A stretch of 64,000 bases of DNA from Octopus vulgaris (GCA_951406725.2 OX597819.1:78430001-78494000); one strand, 5' to 3'; shown: positions 27,195 to 39,612, numbered from the stretch's first letter. Notes: generated by a model from the letters alone, not told the origin. Made by a program: numbers and translations.

Positions 27195-28013
27195 CTAAAA
27201 AGACAAAAGAGAAAGCAAAAATTAAATATTAATACACGTGAAAAATTGTAAACAAATTTCATATTTTACACATCATTTAAACTAACTTAAACTATATGAT
27301 ATGGCTATTTGCTGTCGGTTTTTCTTCTTAACGGTGTTACACATGATTACCAACTTGTAGGAACTTTACAAACTTCGTAATACGTTAAAAAGAAGCACAC
27401 AAAAAAAAAGTAAATAAAAATGTGAATTCTATGTACGTTTTTCTTCACTGTTCCTTAATTTCCAATTCGAATTTCTAATCCCACCAAATATTATGAAGTA
27501 TTGATTATCTCCCTTGAAATAACTGCGGTCACTCGGGGAACTATACGAGTTTGAAAAAATTTTAAAAAAGCCTGGTTTAGCATATCAGGCATATAACAAA
27601 CTGCTCAACTTTCAGCATATACAGTTTTAGAAACAATGATCTATCAAAGAGTGTCATCGCTAAATTTTTAATGAAATTGATTTTCTTCTGATGGGCGTTA
27701 TTCACTTTACTGGTCACCTGAATCAACATCTTCAGAAATTATTTTACCTGTTAAAAGTGTTAGTCGATAGAAAAGATTAGTAAATCTACGGCCTTTAATT
27801 TACGCGTACTTGATAACCCTGGAATATTATCGGCAGAAATTGTACCCCACTCCCAAACACTCTTTTCAGTTTGTCTCTGGGCATTTCCATTCTTTGGTGA
27901 TACAAGTTTTGTGACAAACTTGTACGTTCCTGCCTTCGTAACGACTTTACCAGGCAAATAATTCATAAGAATGTCAGCTATTATAGAGTGGAAGTCATTT
28001 TGGGCTATAAATA

Positions 28014-28500
28014 ACTGGCACTCCGTCGTTTACGACGAGGAGCGTTCCAGTTGATTTGATCAACGAAACAGCTCGCTCATGAAATTAACGTACAAGTGAC
28101 TGAGCACTCCACAGACGCGTGGCCTTTAACGTAGTTCTCAGGGAGACTCAGCGTCGCTACGTTCTGAGTTCAAATTCTGCCGAGGTTGATTTTTGCCTTT
28201 CATCCTTTCGAGGTCGATAAATTGAGTACCAGTGAAACTTGGGGTCGATATAACTGACTAGCCCCACTAGCCACAAATTTCAGGCCTTGTGCCTATAGTA
28301 GAAAAGATTCAGCGTGACACATCAGAATGTAATAAGGCTGGCCTTTTGAAATACAGGTAGTACTCATTTTTGCCAGCTGAGTGAACTGGACTAATGTGAT
28401 ATAAAGCGTCTTGCTCAAGGACACAACGCCCTGCCGGAAATTGAACTCACGACCTTACGATTATGAGTCGAACACCCCTAACCACTAAGCCACGCACCTT
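28014..28500 (-). mobile_element. SINE family C with a nested, 5'-truncated family B SINE (+, about 28155-28304)
   Basis: The nested insert is flanked by the duplication GA(C/T)TCAGCGT, a likely TSD. Confidence 0.85.
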
Positions 28501-28909
28501 GAAAATAAATAAAATATAAAGAAAACATCGTTCGTTACATATTAGAAATATATATATTTTAAAATCTTATTAAATAAACAGCTTTTTTGTAAGAAATCAA
28601 CACATTACGGGGGTGGATATTCGACAAAAGAAGTGTTTAACTATTTCAGATTTGCAATATGATATGTGAAAATTTAAGTAATTAATCTTCAAGATACAAT
28701 ATAATAAGGGATTCTAGTATTTTCTTTTGCACTTATTCCATTAAATCTGAGTCTGGTGATCCAGTACAACAATTTTTATTCTATCAATTCTTACAATTTG
28801 TTAAATTATTTTTAGCCATTACTAAAGCAGCGCATCTTAGTTGAATTACCCCACTCTCCTCTCGAACTCAAATTTCACACACACACAAACTCACACACAC
28901 ACACACACA

Positions 28910-29152
28910 CATGGTAAATAAAAAAAAAAGGAAGAACAAACACAAGGAAAAACAACAACAACGGTAACGCGAGGACGTGGTACACACAAAGTATTAGCAG
29001 ACGCCCAGGGTTGGAAAGAAAGGTGGTTTTACGTTTCGAGCAAAGCTCTTCGTCAGAAACAAGAGATGGAGAAACGTCCAAGAGAATGGGAAGACGGAAG
29101 AAAAAAATTGTAAACGAGCTATATGTGGCTACATTTTGAAATGACCGGAAGG

Positions 29153-29155
<3 letters not shown>
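28910..29155 (-). mobile_element. Penelope-like terminal fragment carrying the hammerhead, between (CA)n and (TA)n
   Basis: Short unique insert bounded by microsatellites, with a hammerhead in a pyrimidine-rich context typical of PLE pseudo-LTRs. Confidence 0.65.
29026..29060 (-). ncRNA. Minimal type I hammerhead ribozyme with intact core
   Basis: Minus strand GUUU CUGACGA A GAGC UUU GCUC GAAAC GUA|AAAC: stem I GUUU/AAAC, stem II GAGC/GCUC, palindromic ACGU stem III, GUA cleavage triplet. Confidence 0.82.
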
Positions 29156-29200
<45 letters not shown>

Positions 29201-29418
29201 TATATATATGTTATATATATATATGACATATATATATATATATATATGTTATATAATATATATGTTATATATATATATGACATATATATATATATAATAT
29301 ATATGTTATATACATATGACATATATATATATATATATATATTATATAATATATATGTTATATATATATATGACATATATATATATATATATATATAATA
29401 TATATATTATATATATAT

Positions 29419-29498
<80 letters not shown>

Positions 29499-29511
29499 GT
29501 TATATATATAT

Positions 29512-29553
<42 letters not shown>
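29155..29553. repeat. Higher-order (TA)n array punctuated by TAAT, TGTTA and TGACA
   Basis: Ordered spacer motifs repeat about six times. Confidence 0.9.
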
Positions 29554-29560
<7 letters not shown>

Positions 29561-29739
29561 TATATACATATACCGTTTGGTTCGTTTGCAATTGAATTAA
29601 TTGATAATGTAATGTAATATGATATCTTAATTTTTGAAACTGAAATTTTGAAGCAGCAAAAAGAAAGAAAAGAAACGAAATTAAAAAAAGAAGAAAGAAA
29701 TAGCATGCAGTCCTGAAAAATACGGTAACTGAACAACCC

Positions 29740-29960
29740 CCACAGACACGCGTACCCTTAACGTACTTTACAGGGAGATTCATCGTGATACAGAACGTGA
29801 CATTGCTGGCCCTTTGAAATACAGGTACTATTCATTTTTACCAGCTGAGTAGACTTGAGCGACGTGAAATTAAGTGTTTTATTGAAGGATACAACGCGCT
29901 GCTGAGAACTGAACTCGCGACCGTACGATCGTGAGCCAAATACCCGCTCCCTAACTACTT
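29740..29960 (-). mobile_element. SINE family C, partial
   Basis: CCACAGACACGCGTACCCTTAACGT... match. Confidence 0.8.
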
Positions 29961-30057
29961 AGCCTACAACGGCAGCCTTGAGCGAATCTCGCTACAAATC
30001 CAGGCCATCCCTTCTATATTGAAAGTGCTATAAACCTTGTATCTCATATTCTCCAAA

Positions 30058-30465
30058 GGGATCTTTTCGGTTTGAACGGCAGTTTTTTCTAGCGGTGTCA
30101 TATGAAATTGTCACCCATAATTATGACCCTAGTATCGATCTATTGCATTTCAATCTCTTTTAGGGTTAGGGGGAAGGGTATCTTTTTTTTTCACAAATGT
30201 AAATAAACCCAATCTGTTTCTTAAACGAGAGACATTCATACGGCACAGAATGTTGTTTTTTTACCTCAATGGACGTCATTGATTGGTTGAAATTGCAGAA
30301 ATTGAAGAAAAACAACAACAAATATCTTACAAACTATAGAATTTTCTCAATAAGGCCAAGAGAAAAAGATGTTTTATAAACACATTCTACCAGTATACGA
30401 AGTTCAACATTTTTTAGTTACCGAGAAATTATGTTAAAAACTGCCGTTGAAACCGAAAAGATCCC
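30058..30465. mobile_element. Second copy of the same MITE (opposite orientation), 6-bp TSD TCCAAA
   Basis: TCCAAA at 30052-30057 and 30466-30471; the interior is the reverse complement of 19608-20021. Confidence 0.9.
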
Positions 30466-30717
30466 TCCAAAGTCCTTCATAGTTTAGGCCTTTTTAATTA
30501 TGAGCACTTCACTCCATTTTCCTTCCCTCAGGTACCAACAACTTAATCAGAACATATAAACACATACAGAATAGCCTAGAGTCACTCATACTCGAGTATG
30601 ACTTGGTATTATTTACTCCATTTTTGCTGATTTTTTTTTCCTGAGGTAGCAATGAAGTCGCGAGGAAACAGATACCTTCTCGACTCTCCAACTTTATCTG
30701 ACAGAAAATCGACGTTG

Positions 30718-30796
<79 letters not shown>

Positions 30797-30931
30797 AGAG
30801 AGAGAGATGGAGAGAGAGAGATGAAGAGAAAGAGAGAGGGAGAAGGTCAATAACATTACTCAGCTAGCACGCATCACAGTGGTGCGGATTGTGACAAGGT
30901 GAAATGAGATGCATTAGTTAAAAACACAACA

Positions 30932-31006
30932 CACCCTCCAGTTGAGGATCGAACCCCTAGTCTTTATAATCACGAGGAGAGCGTCCCAACCACTTGACCA
31001 TGGCAC
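30932..31006 (-). pseudogene. tRNA-derived unit / SINE head
   Basis: TGGTCAAGTGG A-box and GGTTCGATCC B-box, followed by TTTTT. Confidence 0.55.
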
Positions 31007-31240
31007 TTCTATATAATATGGCACTTTTACACTTTTCGTGAAACATTCATGCTCAATGAACGCATATAAATAAGGTCGTGCCGTGTGTTTGTGTGTGTGT
31101 TTGTGGTTAGCAGGATAGAAAATTGATATCCTGACTGCACATATATATATACAAATATATATATATATATACCCACACGCATACACACAGCCTAATGCAC
31201 AGACAATAAGTGAGAAAAGTTTTATATATAGATATGTGTA

Positions 31241-31277
<37 letters not shown>

Positions 31278-31848
31278 GCGTGTGTGTGTATGTGTGTATA
31301 TATATATGCGTGTGTGAGTGAGAGAGAGAGAGCGGGTAGGAGAGATTTATACAGGCCATACATACGTAATGGAACTGGGGTGGGGGTAGATGTAGATTTT
31401 TACATCAGAAACATGGAGAGGAGCTTGTCAGATCTATGTTATGTTAGAATGTCATCTGATTTGAAATGTCGTCTGCCGCCTGGAGGAGGTGGGGTGTGAG
31501 GGAGAAAGAAGGAAGACATTCATTGCTTGCGGCAACAACACATTTAGCGGTAACTGATACACACACACACGCACACACACACACACACACACACAATATG
31601 GTTGCGGGCATGTTATGTGACGAACAGTTAATGCAGATGGCGGTGATGCTGATGGCGAGGTGGCGAATGTCGCCGAACACGGATTAGCAACAATAACAGT
31701 GCAAAGCAATATATAGGATTAAATATGTGTGCGTGTGTGATCATTTCTGTGTCTGTGTGTGAGTGTGCGACTATTCCTCTGTGTGTATGTGTGTGTGCGC
31801 GAGATTATTACTGTGTGTATGTCTGTGCGAGTAATTATTTCTCTGTTT

Positions 31849-31889
<41 letters not shown>

Positions 31890-32410
31890 AACAGGCACGA
31901 AAATTTCCGACTTCCCGACTTTCCAACGCAAAGAATTTCACTAAATATTTGAATTTCGATAAAAACTAACACCCCCGCCTTAATAAAAGAAATAAAATTT
32001 AAGCATCTTCTACATTCGTACGCTATTTTAAACTACGTAACTCTGACATCTTTTATATTTTAGTTAAACCACAATTTTCTTTTGTTAATTTCTATCTTTC
32101 TATCAATAAATTGCACGCATAAAGTATAATAATTTTCCTGCAACTGTAATAATATAAGAAATAAAGTAATGAGATACGTATGTACTTTTTCGCAATGTGC
32201 GGATAGATTTAGTATTGCGATTATTGAGTACAAATAATACAGTCTTTATATTTACGTCACTCAATTCTCAAATACACACAAAGATGCTAATGAACATACT
32301 GGAATGTATTCAGAAAAAAACCCAGAAATTTCAAACCTAATCTGAAAAGCATTACACACACATCTCTCTCTGTCTCTCTCTCTCACACTCTATATATCTA
32401 TATATATATA

Positions 32411-32905
32411 CCGTAAATCCTCGAGTATAATTCGCATTTTCCCCCAAAATTTAATGGTCAAAATCCCTAGTGCGTACTATATACGAGGTTAAAAATGAAA
32501 ATTTTTAAAAGTCCGAGTCTCTATTTGCTGCCCGGCAACGTTTATTCAGACGCATTTTGTGATGTCGGGCGCGAAAATACCTTAAGCTAAGCCTAAAAGC
32601 ATTGAAGTCATAAAAGAATCATCCATAACTTGCAATAAGCAACATTTATTAAACTTTGTTACTGTTATTTCTGTAAACAAAATGCACAAAAAAGCTACAC
32701 GTTTGCATTATGTTATATATACAATAATAATAAAGGACGTTACCGTATACATTTTTACAAACCAAGGACGTTATATAGACCTCGTTGACTCAAATTAGAG
32801 AAGGGGTGCGTATTATACACAAGGTTTAGGTTTTTCAGAGGTACAGCCCCCTAAAAATTCCCTGCGTATTATACTCAAGGGAGGACTATACTCGAGGATT
32901 TACGG
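32411..32905. mobile_element. Tc1/mariner-superfamily (Tc2/pogo-like) MITE
   Basis: TA|CCGTAAATCCTCGAGTATA ... TATACTCGAGGATTTACGG|TA; TA TSD. Confidence 0.9.
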
Positions 32906-33380
32906 TATATATATATACCATAATAAAGAAAGCTGCTTATTAATTAATTTGGAGTATGTAACTTTTACGGAAAAAAAAAAAAAAAAGCGAGTATTAAAGA
33001 CTAACACTGTTCAGAAAATTCTTTAAAATCCTAATTTTAATATTTCTATTCTCAAGAGTCTTTTATCATTGAAGGTTTCAAGTACAAGACTCATTTTTTA
33101 AATTCACTGCAAGATACCGTTCCCTCTGACAGTTCTTTTCCTCTAACACTTTGGACTTTAACTTGAAATCTGTTACATATTTGATAGTTAATTCCTTTGC
33201 TGAGATTTATGTTCATTTTAAAGTAGTTAAGATAATGATGACTATAATAATGAATGAGAAAAAAAAAACAAACAAAAACCATCATTTCCCATCTCTATAC
33301 ACCTGTAGCTGTATTTTTATGTAGTAGAAATATATGTATTACTACATATCGACAGAAAATCATGCGAAGTTAAACAATCT

Positions 33381-33552
33381 AGGCGCAGGAGTGGCAGTGT
33401 GGTAAGTAGCTTGTTTACCAACCACATGGTTCCGGGTTCAGTCCCACTGCGTAGCACCTTGGGCAAGTGTCTTCTACTATAGCCTCGGGCCGACCAAAGC
33501 CTTGTGAGTGAATTTGGTAGACGGAAACTGAAAGAAGCCCGTCGTAAATATG

Positions 33553-33583
<31 letters not shown>

Positions 33584-33804
33584 GTGTGTGTGTGTATATG
33601 TTTGTGCGTCTGTGTTTGTACACCCAACATCGCTTGACAACCGATGCTGGAGTGTTTATGTTCCCGTGACTTAGCGGTTCGGCAAAAGAGACCGCTAGAA
33701 TAAGTACTAGGCTTACAAAGAATAAGTCCTGGGGTCGATTTGCTCGACTAAAGGTGGTGCTTCAGCATGGCCACAGTCAAATGACTGAAACAAGTAAAAG
33801 AGTA
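33381..33804 (+). mobile_element. SINE family A
   Basis: Full-length match. Confidence 0.92.
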
Positions 33805-34476
33805 ATCTTCTGATACGTAATAATAGTGACAGTTCAGTTTATTAATGTAAACTAAACCATCAGATAATGAAATATCTGAGAATATTTTTAAGGGAGTGTT
33901 CCACTATGGGAGGCAGTAAATACCCTCACGACAGAAACTCTTGTTGGATCACTTGAGCCAATGGGATTACCAATTGAAAATCTATGAGAGCATGGTGAAG
34001 ATACTGTTATTAACATGAAAGACAAAGAAAACGGCGTTGCTAAAGAGAGTTTTAAATATAAGCCACATGTCTTGTGTTACAAAAAGACTGTAACTCGGTG
34101 CAACATCTATTTTGAAATCAATCTCATAATGAAACCCCTACTAAATAAGGGAAGCTGTTTCAAATTCAACTACAAGACATTGCATGTTACTCCTTTATCT
34201 TGTAGACTGCAGTGTGATGAGGTTTTGCAAGTAGTTTTCACAAATGCAAATAAGATTTGCAAAGAAACTTAATACACTGACCAATTTTTGAGTCAGAATA
34301 AATTAGCAACTGGAGAAACAAAGAGCAATTTGAGAATGAGGTACAAGAAGGGGAACCTCAAAATCCAAAACATATTCAAACAAGTTTTTTTTATGATGTT
34401 ATTTAAGACATGGCCATACAAGGCTTTGAAGAGAGAATCCAAAAGAATTTTGTTTGCCTTCTTGCATGATATACAT

Positions 34477-34734
34477 TAGTGGTTCTCGACTGCGGTCCAC
34501 ATGACCCTTCGTCGTGCATATAGGATTTTGTTATTAAACTTATCGGCAATAAAATTAGTTATTCTTCTACAGTACATAAAATATTTTAACAATTTTTTGA
34601 AAATACAATTCCTAATTTCATTTCATTATAAAAACATATTAGGATTTTTTTAAAACATCGAATGGCTATTGATGGACCAGTAGAGTAAAATAGGAACCAA
34701 AAGCAAAAAAAAAAAAAATGGTTGAGAACGACTG
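34477..34734. mobile_element. hAT (Charlie-like) MITE
   Basis: TAGTGGTTCTCGAC ... GTTGAGAACGACTG TIRs; 8-bp TSD ATATACAT/ATATACAC. Confidence 0.8.
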
Positions 34735-34959
34735 ATATACACAATAGAAAAATATTTTAAAAAATCTTCCATAGTTGCATTTAAAGGCTGCAAGAATTTG
34801 GAAGGAAAATCCTTAATGTAAAATAGAAAAAAAATGACATTAATAGTGGAGATACGTTGTAAACTTATAGCAATCGTTCGAAGATTTCAGAACGTAGCGA
34901 TGGACGATATACCGCTAAGCATTTCGTCCAACGTACAAACGATTCTGCCAGCTCACGCC

Positions 34960-34994
<35 letters not shown>

Positions 34995-35014
34995 TATTAT
35001 TATTATTATTATTA

Positions 35015-35397
35015 TTTCTACTCTAGGCACAAGGTCTCGAAAATTTTGGGGGAAGAGGGTTATATCAATCCCAGTGCGTAATTGATACTTATTTCATCGA
35101 CCCCGAAAAGTTGAAAGGCCTCGGAGGAATTTGAACTCAGAAAGCAACGGCAGACGCAATACCTATTTCTTTACTACCCACAAGGGGCTAAACATAAATG
35201 GGACAAACAAGGACAGACAAACGGATTAAGTCGATTACATCGACCCCAGTGCGTAACTGGTACTTATTTCATCGACCCCGAAAGGATGAAAGGCAAAGTC
35301 GACCTCGGCGGAATTTGAACTTAGAACGTAACAGCAGACGAAATACAGCTACGCATTTCGCCAGGCATGCCAACGGCTCTGCCAGCTCGCCGCCTTA
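35015..35397 (-). mobile_element. Family B SINEs (older partial copy plus a younger copy with TTTAGCCCCTTGTGGG tail)
   Basis: Two central-domain matches, flanked by (AAT)n/(ATT)n. Confidence 0.85.
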
Positions 35398-36120
35398 ATA
35401 ATGATAATAATAGTAATAATAATAACAATCGAAATGGCAGTATTTAGAAAGTTGTAGCAAGGAGTTATTTATTTCCCGTCTCAATAACATATGTTTAATA
35501 AATACAGCAGACTGAATGTCTTGGAATGCCAAATGAGACGGAAGTTGATGCTAATCCATTCTAATAACAAGCCTATTCGCATCATACCACTACTGCAGTA
35601 TTCCTCTTCAATCAATTATAACAACATCAATATCCTTAAAGTTTATACTTTATTTATTTTTTAATTAATTATTTCTTAATGAAATTTATGGGAAATAAAG
35701 TATTTACAACAACAACAACAACGACAACTGAACAACAACGAGTTGTTGTTATTGTTGTTGATGAACTCAGATTTGGAGGCTCAGCAACACTGAACTCTCT
35801 GAGACAAATGCTACTGAGCACTTGACTGAACTGAGTTATGATTGAAAGGCATCCTAACCTTTAACATCTCGGCTCATTAAAAACCTCTGCAAAGCTGAGG
35901 TGAAACCCACAAAAAAACCGCTATTCACACACACGACTGCATCATGAGAAAGGTCATAAAAGGTTACTAGGGGGTAACCGCCTGTCATGAAGTTGCTGAC
36001 CAACATGCACCAATCACTGACCCTCAGACACGTTTACCTCCTTTTGCTCGCATTTCTACTGTAACTATAATGGATTCAGTTCCACCGAGGTAGCTTGGCC
36101 TTCGGTCACCTCATCAGCGT

Positions 36121-36291
36121 TTTAGTCGAACAAATCGACCTCAGGACTTTATTTTTTAAAGCCTAGTACTTATTCTATCGACCCCTTTTAACGAATCGTT
36201 AAGTTACAGGTATGTAAACACACCAACGCCGGTTGTCAAATGGCGGTAGTGGTGGGGACAAATACAGACACTCACTCTCTCTCACACACAC

Positions 36292-36340
<49 letters not shown>

Positions 36341-36624
36341 TAGATAGATAGAGAGAGAGAGAAAGATAGATAGATAGATATACGACAGGCTTCTTTCAGT
36401 TTCCGTTTACCAAAATCTACTTACGAGGCTTTGGTCAGCCAGACCAAAGGAAACATTAAATAAATTATCTGGGAGTTTTCATGTAGTACGGGAGTTCTTC
36501 ATATCGTCCATAGACTTAAGGAAGTCTTCGAGCGACACTTGCCGAAGGTGCCACGCAGTGGGACCGAACCCGGGACCACGTGGTAAGGAAGCAAGCTCCT
36601 TACCACACAGCCACTCCTGCGCCT
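36121..36624 (-). mobile_element. SINE family A, interrupted by a roughly 90-bp insert at about 36443-36530
   Basis: Reverse-complement match on both sides of the insert. Confidence 0.85.
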
Positions 36625-36871
36625 ATGTATATATTTCTTTACAGCAGCCATCTCGCTCAGTTTAAGTGTTACCATTCTACGAGGACGAACGAAGACCGTG
36701 GACCCAACGTTTTCGACTAGACCTAACGAATAATAAGGAAACCAACAAAATAATAGCCGAAGCGGTAGAGCAACATACCCAGTACACTGCGGTCGATTAA
36801 CAAACTAATGGTAATATTAAGAATATTTCAGGCCTTGTACCTATAGTAGAAAGAATTTATTATTATTATTA

Positions 36872-36911
<40 letters not shown>

Positions 36912-36914
<3 letters not shown>

Positions 36915-37370
36915 GGAGGTGAGCTGGCAGAATCGTTAGCTAGCCAGGAAAAATGTTTAGTGGTATTTCATCCCTCATTACGCTCTGAGTTCAAATTCCA
37001 AAGAGGTCGATTTGGCCTTTCATCCTTTCGAAGAGGATAAAATAAGTACCAGCTGCGTACCGGGGTCAATGCAACTGACTTGCCCTCTTCCCCTAAAATT
37101 GCAGGTCATGTGCCTTAAAGTGGAAAGGATTATTGCTATTATAATTATTAAAACAGCAGCGAGCTAGCAGAATCGTTAACATGCCGGGCAAAATGCTTAG
37201 TGGCATTTCGTCCGTCATTACGCTCTGAGTTCAAATTCCACCGAAGTCGACTTTGCCTTTCATATTTTCGGGATCCATAAAATACGTACCAGTGATGTCA
37301 TGAGGACGATGCAATCGACTAGCCATCCTACCCCCAAAATTTCAGGCCTCGTGTCTATAGTAGAAAGGAT
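36912..37370 (+). mobile_element. Two tandem family B SINEs after (ATT)n
   Basis: Consensus matches at 36912-37130 and 37150-37370. Confidence 0.88.
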
Positions 37371-37387
37371 TCTTCTTATTATTATTA

Positions 37388-37670
37388 CTAGCTGACACCG
37401 TGCCGTCAAAAATGACGGCTAATTGTAGTATTTTATGTATAAATAAGGCACATAATTATCACACATACAAACATTCACATACTTCCCTTGTACACGCGCA
37501 CACGTACACACATATACTCACACAAAGTTGAAAGGCTGATTCTTTTCACTTTTTCCTTACTCCCATTGCTCTTACTTTCTCTCCCTCCCTCTCAGTCAGA
37601 GGTATTACTCTCATTACTTCTCCTTCACTGAATTACTATTTTCTCTCCTTCTCTGCGTCCGGCGAGATTC
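37388..37670 (-). mobile_element. Helitron-like 3' end fragment of another family
   Basis: Hairpin GCCGTCA-TTTT-TGACGGC about 9 nt before the terminal CTAG|T on the minus strand; inner boundary uncertain. Confidence 0.6.
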
Positions 37671-37692
37671 TGGACACACACACACACACATA

Positions 37693-37835
37693 TACCGGAG
37701 TAAGCAGAAAAATGTGAAACAAGGTGGAAAAAAAAGTACTCAAATACCAGAGGTAGAGTAATATGCTTTATTTAAAAGCAGCAGAAATGTAACAAAAGCT
37801 GTTACTCAGGGTTTCATGTTCCCGTTCATCGGACA
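37693..37835 (-). mobile_element. PLE-type terminal fragment with hammerhead-like motif (same family as 50803-50940)
   Basis: Closely matches the reverse complement of 50803-50940; minus strand reads UGU CCGAUGA ACG GGAA CAU GAAAC CCUGA GUA ACA; ends in (TA)/(CA). Confidence 0.7.
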
Positions 37836-37890
37836 ATTATTGGCCTTGTGTCAAAATTTGAAACCATTATAACTTTCTTAAAGAATCATT

Positions 37891-39132
37891 GTGGCTCTGT
37901 GGTAAGTAGCTTGCTTCCTCACCACATGGTCCCGGGTTCAGTCCCAATCTATGGCACCTTTAGCAAGTGTTTTCTACTATAGCCTCCGATCGACCAAAGC
38001 CTTATGAGTGGATTTGGTAGACGGAAACTAAGAGAAGTCCGACGTGTGTGTGTGTGTGTATATATATATATAATACAAAATGGGACAAGAACGCAAAACA
38101 TCCGGACAACTAGATGATACAAAAAGGGACAACAAAATATCCAGATAAACTATAAAAAAGAAAAAAAAACAAGGACGGGTCATTCGAAGCTTTCTATCCT
38201 CAATCAAGAACCGGATAATCCTCGCAATTTCGGCTGATTAATCTCCCTCCCCCCTCTCTCTCTATATATACATATATATAGGTCTGGCCAAAAGTCACCT
38301 GGCAGTAAATCAAAACCATTTAATTCCAAGATTTATTTATGTTCAACAATGGAATGAATTTAGTAAAAGCATCTAAATATGAAACATCATGATAATTGTT
38401 CAAACTGAAGTCTTTCTGGAGCAACACATTTTTCCAAATGAATACATAAAATTGAATATTAAGTATTTATGGAATTTTGATTTGCTGTCGGGTGACTTTT
38501 GGCCAAACCTGCATGTATATGTTTGTGTGTGTCTGTCCCTCCACCATCGCTTGACAACCGATGTTGGTGTGTTTACATCTCTGTAACTTAGCGGTTCGGC
38601 AAAAAGTGGCCGATAGAATAAGTACTAGGCTTACAAAGAATAAGTCCTGGGGTCGATTTGTTCGACTAAAGGCTGTGCTCCAGCATGGCCGAAGACAAAT
38701 GGCTAAAATAAATAAAAGAATAAAAGAATCTGTGTCGTAAGAAGTTTGCTTCCCAACCACATCGTTCCAGGTTCAGTCCCACTGAGTGGCACGTCGGGCA
38801 AGTGTCTTTTACTATAGCCTCGGGCCGACCAAAGATTTGCGTGGGGATTTGGTAGACGGAAACTGAAAGAAGCCTATCGTGTATATATATATGTGTGTGT
38901 GTGTGCGTGTTTTTATGTTTGTGTTTGTTCCCACCACCACGTATCATCGCTTAGTAACCTGTGTCAATGTGTTTACGTCCCCGTAAGTTAGCGGTTCGGC
39001 TAAGAGACCGATAAAATAAGTACGAGGCTTAAAAAAAAAAAAAAAAAGTCCTGGGCTCGAACTTTTCGACGAAAACACTTGAATGCCATAGTCAAATGAC
39101 TAAAATAAGTAAAAAAAAAAAATAATAAAAGA
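37891..39132 (+). mobile_element. Two tandem family A SINEs; the first carries nested insertions in its internal microsatellite
   Basis: Copy 37891-38727 (inserts 38070-38511) and copy 38730-39132. Confidence 0.85.
38279..38511. mobile_element. Tc1/mariner MITE nested in a SINE microsatellite
   Basis: TIRs (C/T)AGGT(C/T)TGGCCAAAAGTCACC(C/T)G(A/G)CAG(C/T)AAATCAAAA at both ends. Confidence 0.8.
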
Positions 39133-39297
39133 ATATCAGACAAAATACTTAGCGGTCGACTTTACATTTCCTATTTTCGGGATCGATAAAATAAAGCACC
39201 AGTTGAATACTGGGTTCAATGTAACCGACTTTCTCCCTCTCACTGAAAATTGCTGGCCGTGTTGCCAAAATTTTAAACAATTATTACTTTCTAATTG

Positions 39298-39612
39298 AAG
39301 GCACATGACTCAGTGGTTAGAGTGTCAGGCTCACAATCATGAGGTAGTGAGTTCAATTCCCAGGCCGGGTTGTCTGTTGTGTTCTTGAGCAAGACTCTTC
39401 ATTTCATGTTCCTCCAGTTCACTCAGGTGTAGAAATGAGTTGCGACGTCACTGATGCCAAACTGTATCAGCCTTTGCCTTTCCCTTGGATGAGGGGAGTC
39501 TGGTATGCATGGCAACTGCTGGTATTCCACAGACAACCTTGCCCGGACTTGTGCCTCGGAGGAGAACTTTCTAGATGCAATCCCATGGTCATTCATGACC
39601 GAAGGGGTCTTT
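39298..39612 (+). mobile_element. tRNA-SINE related to family C with a different 3' half (CAATCCCATGGTCATTCATGACCGAAGGGGTCTTTAC tail)
   Basis: A/B boxes present; second copy on the minus strand at 56008-56345. Confidence 0.85.

Noticed and set aside
27760-27966. 68-aa non-repetitive minus-strand ORF
   Set aside because: No recognisable motif; length is compatible with chance.
33317-33640. Recurrent peptide RRASFSFRLPNPLTRLWSARGYSRRHLPKVPRSGTEPGT in many ORFs
   Set aside because: Antisense translation of SINE family A, not a gene family.
36097-36118. Minus-strand CTGATGAGGTGACCGAAG
   Set aside because: GAAG instead of GAAA, a 1-nt loop and no stem I or III.
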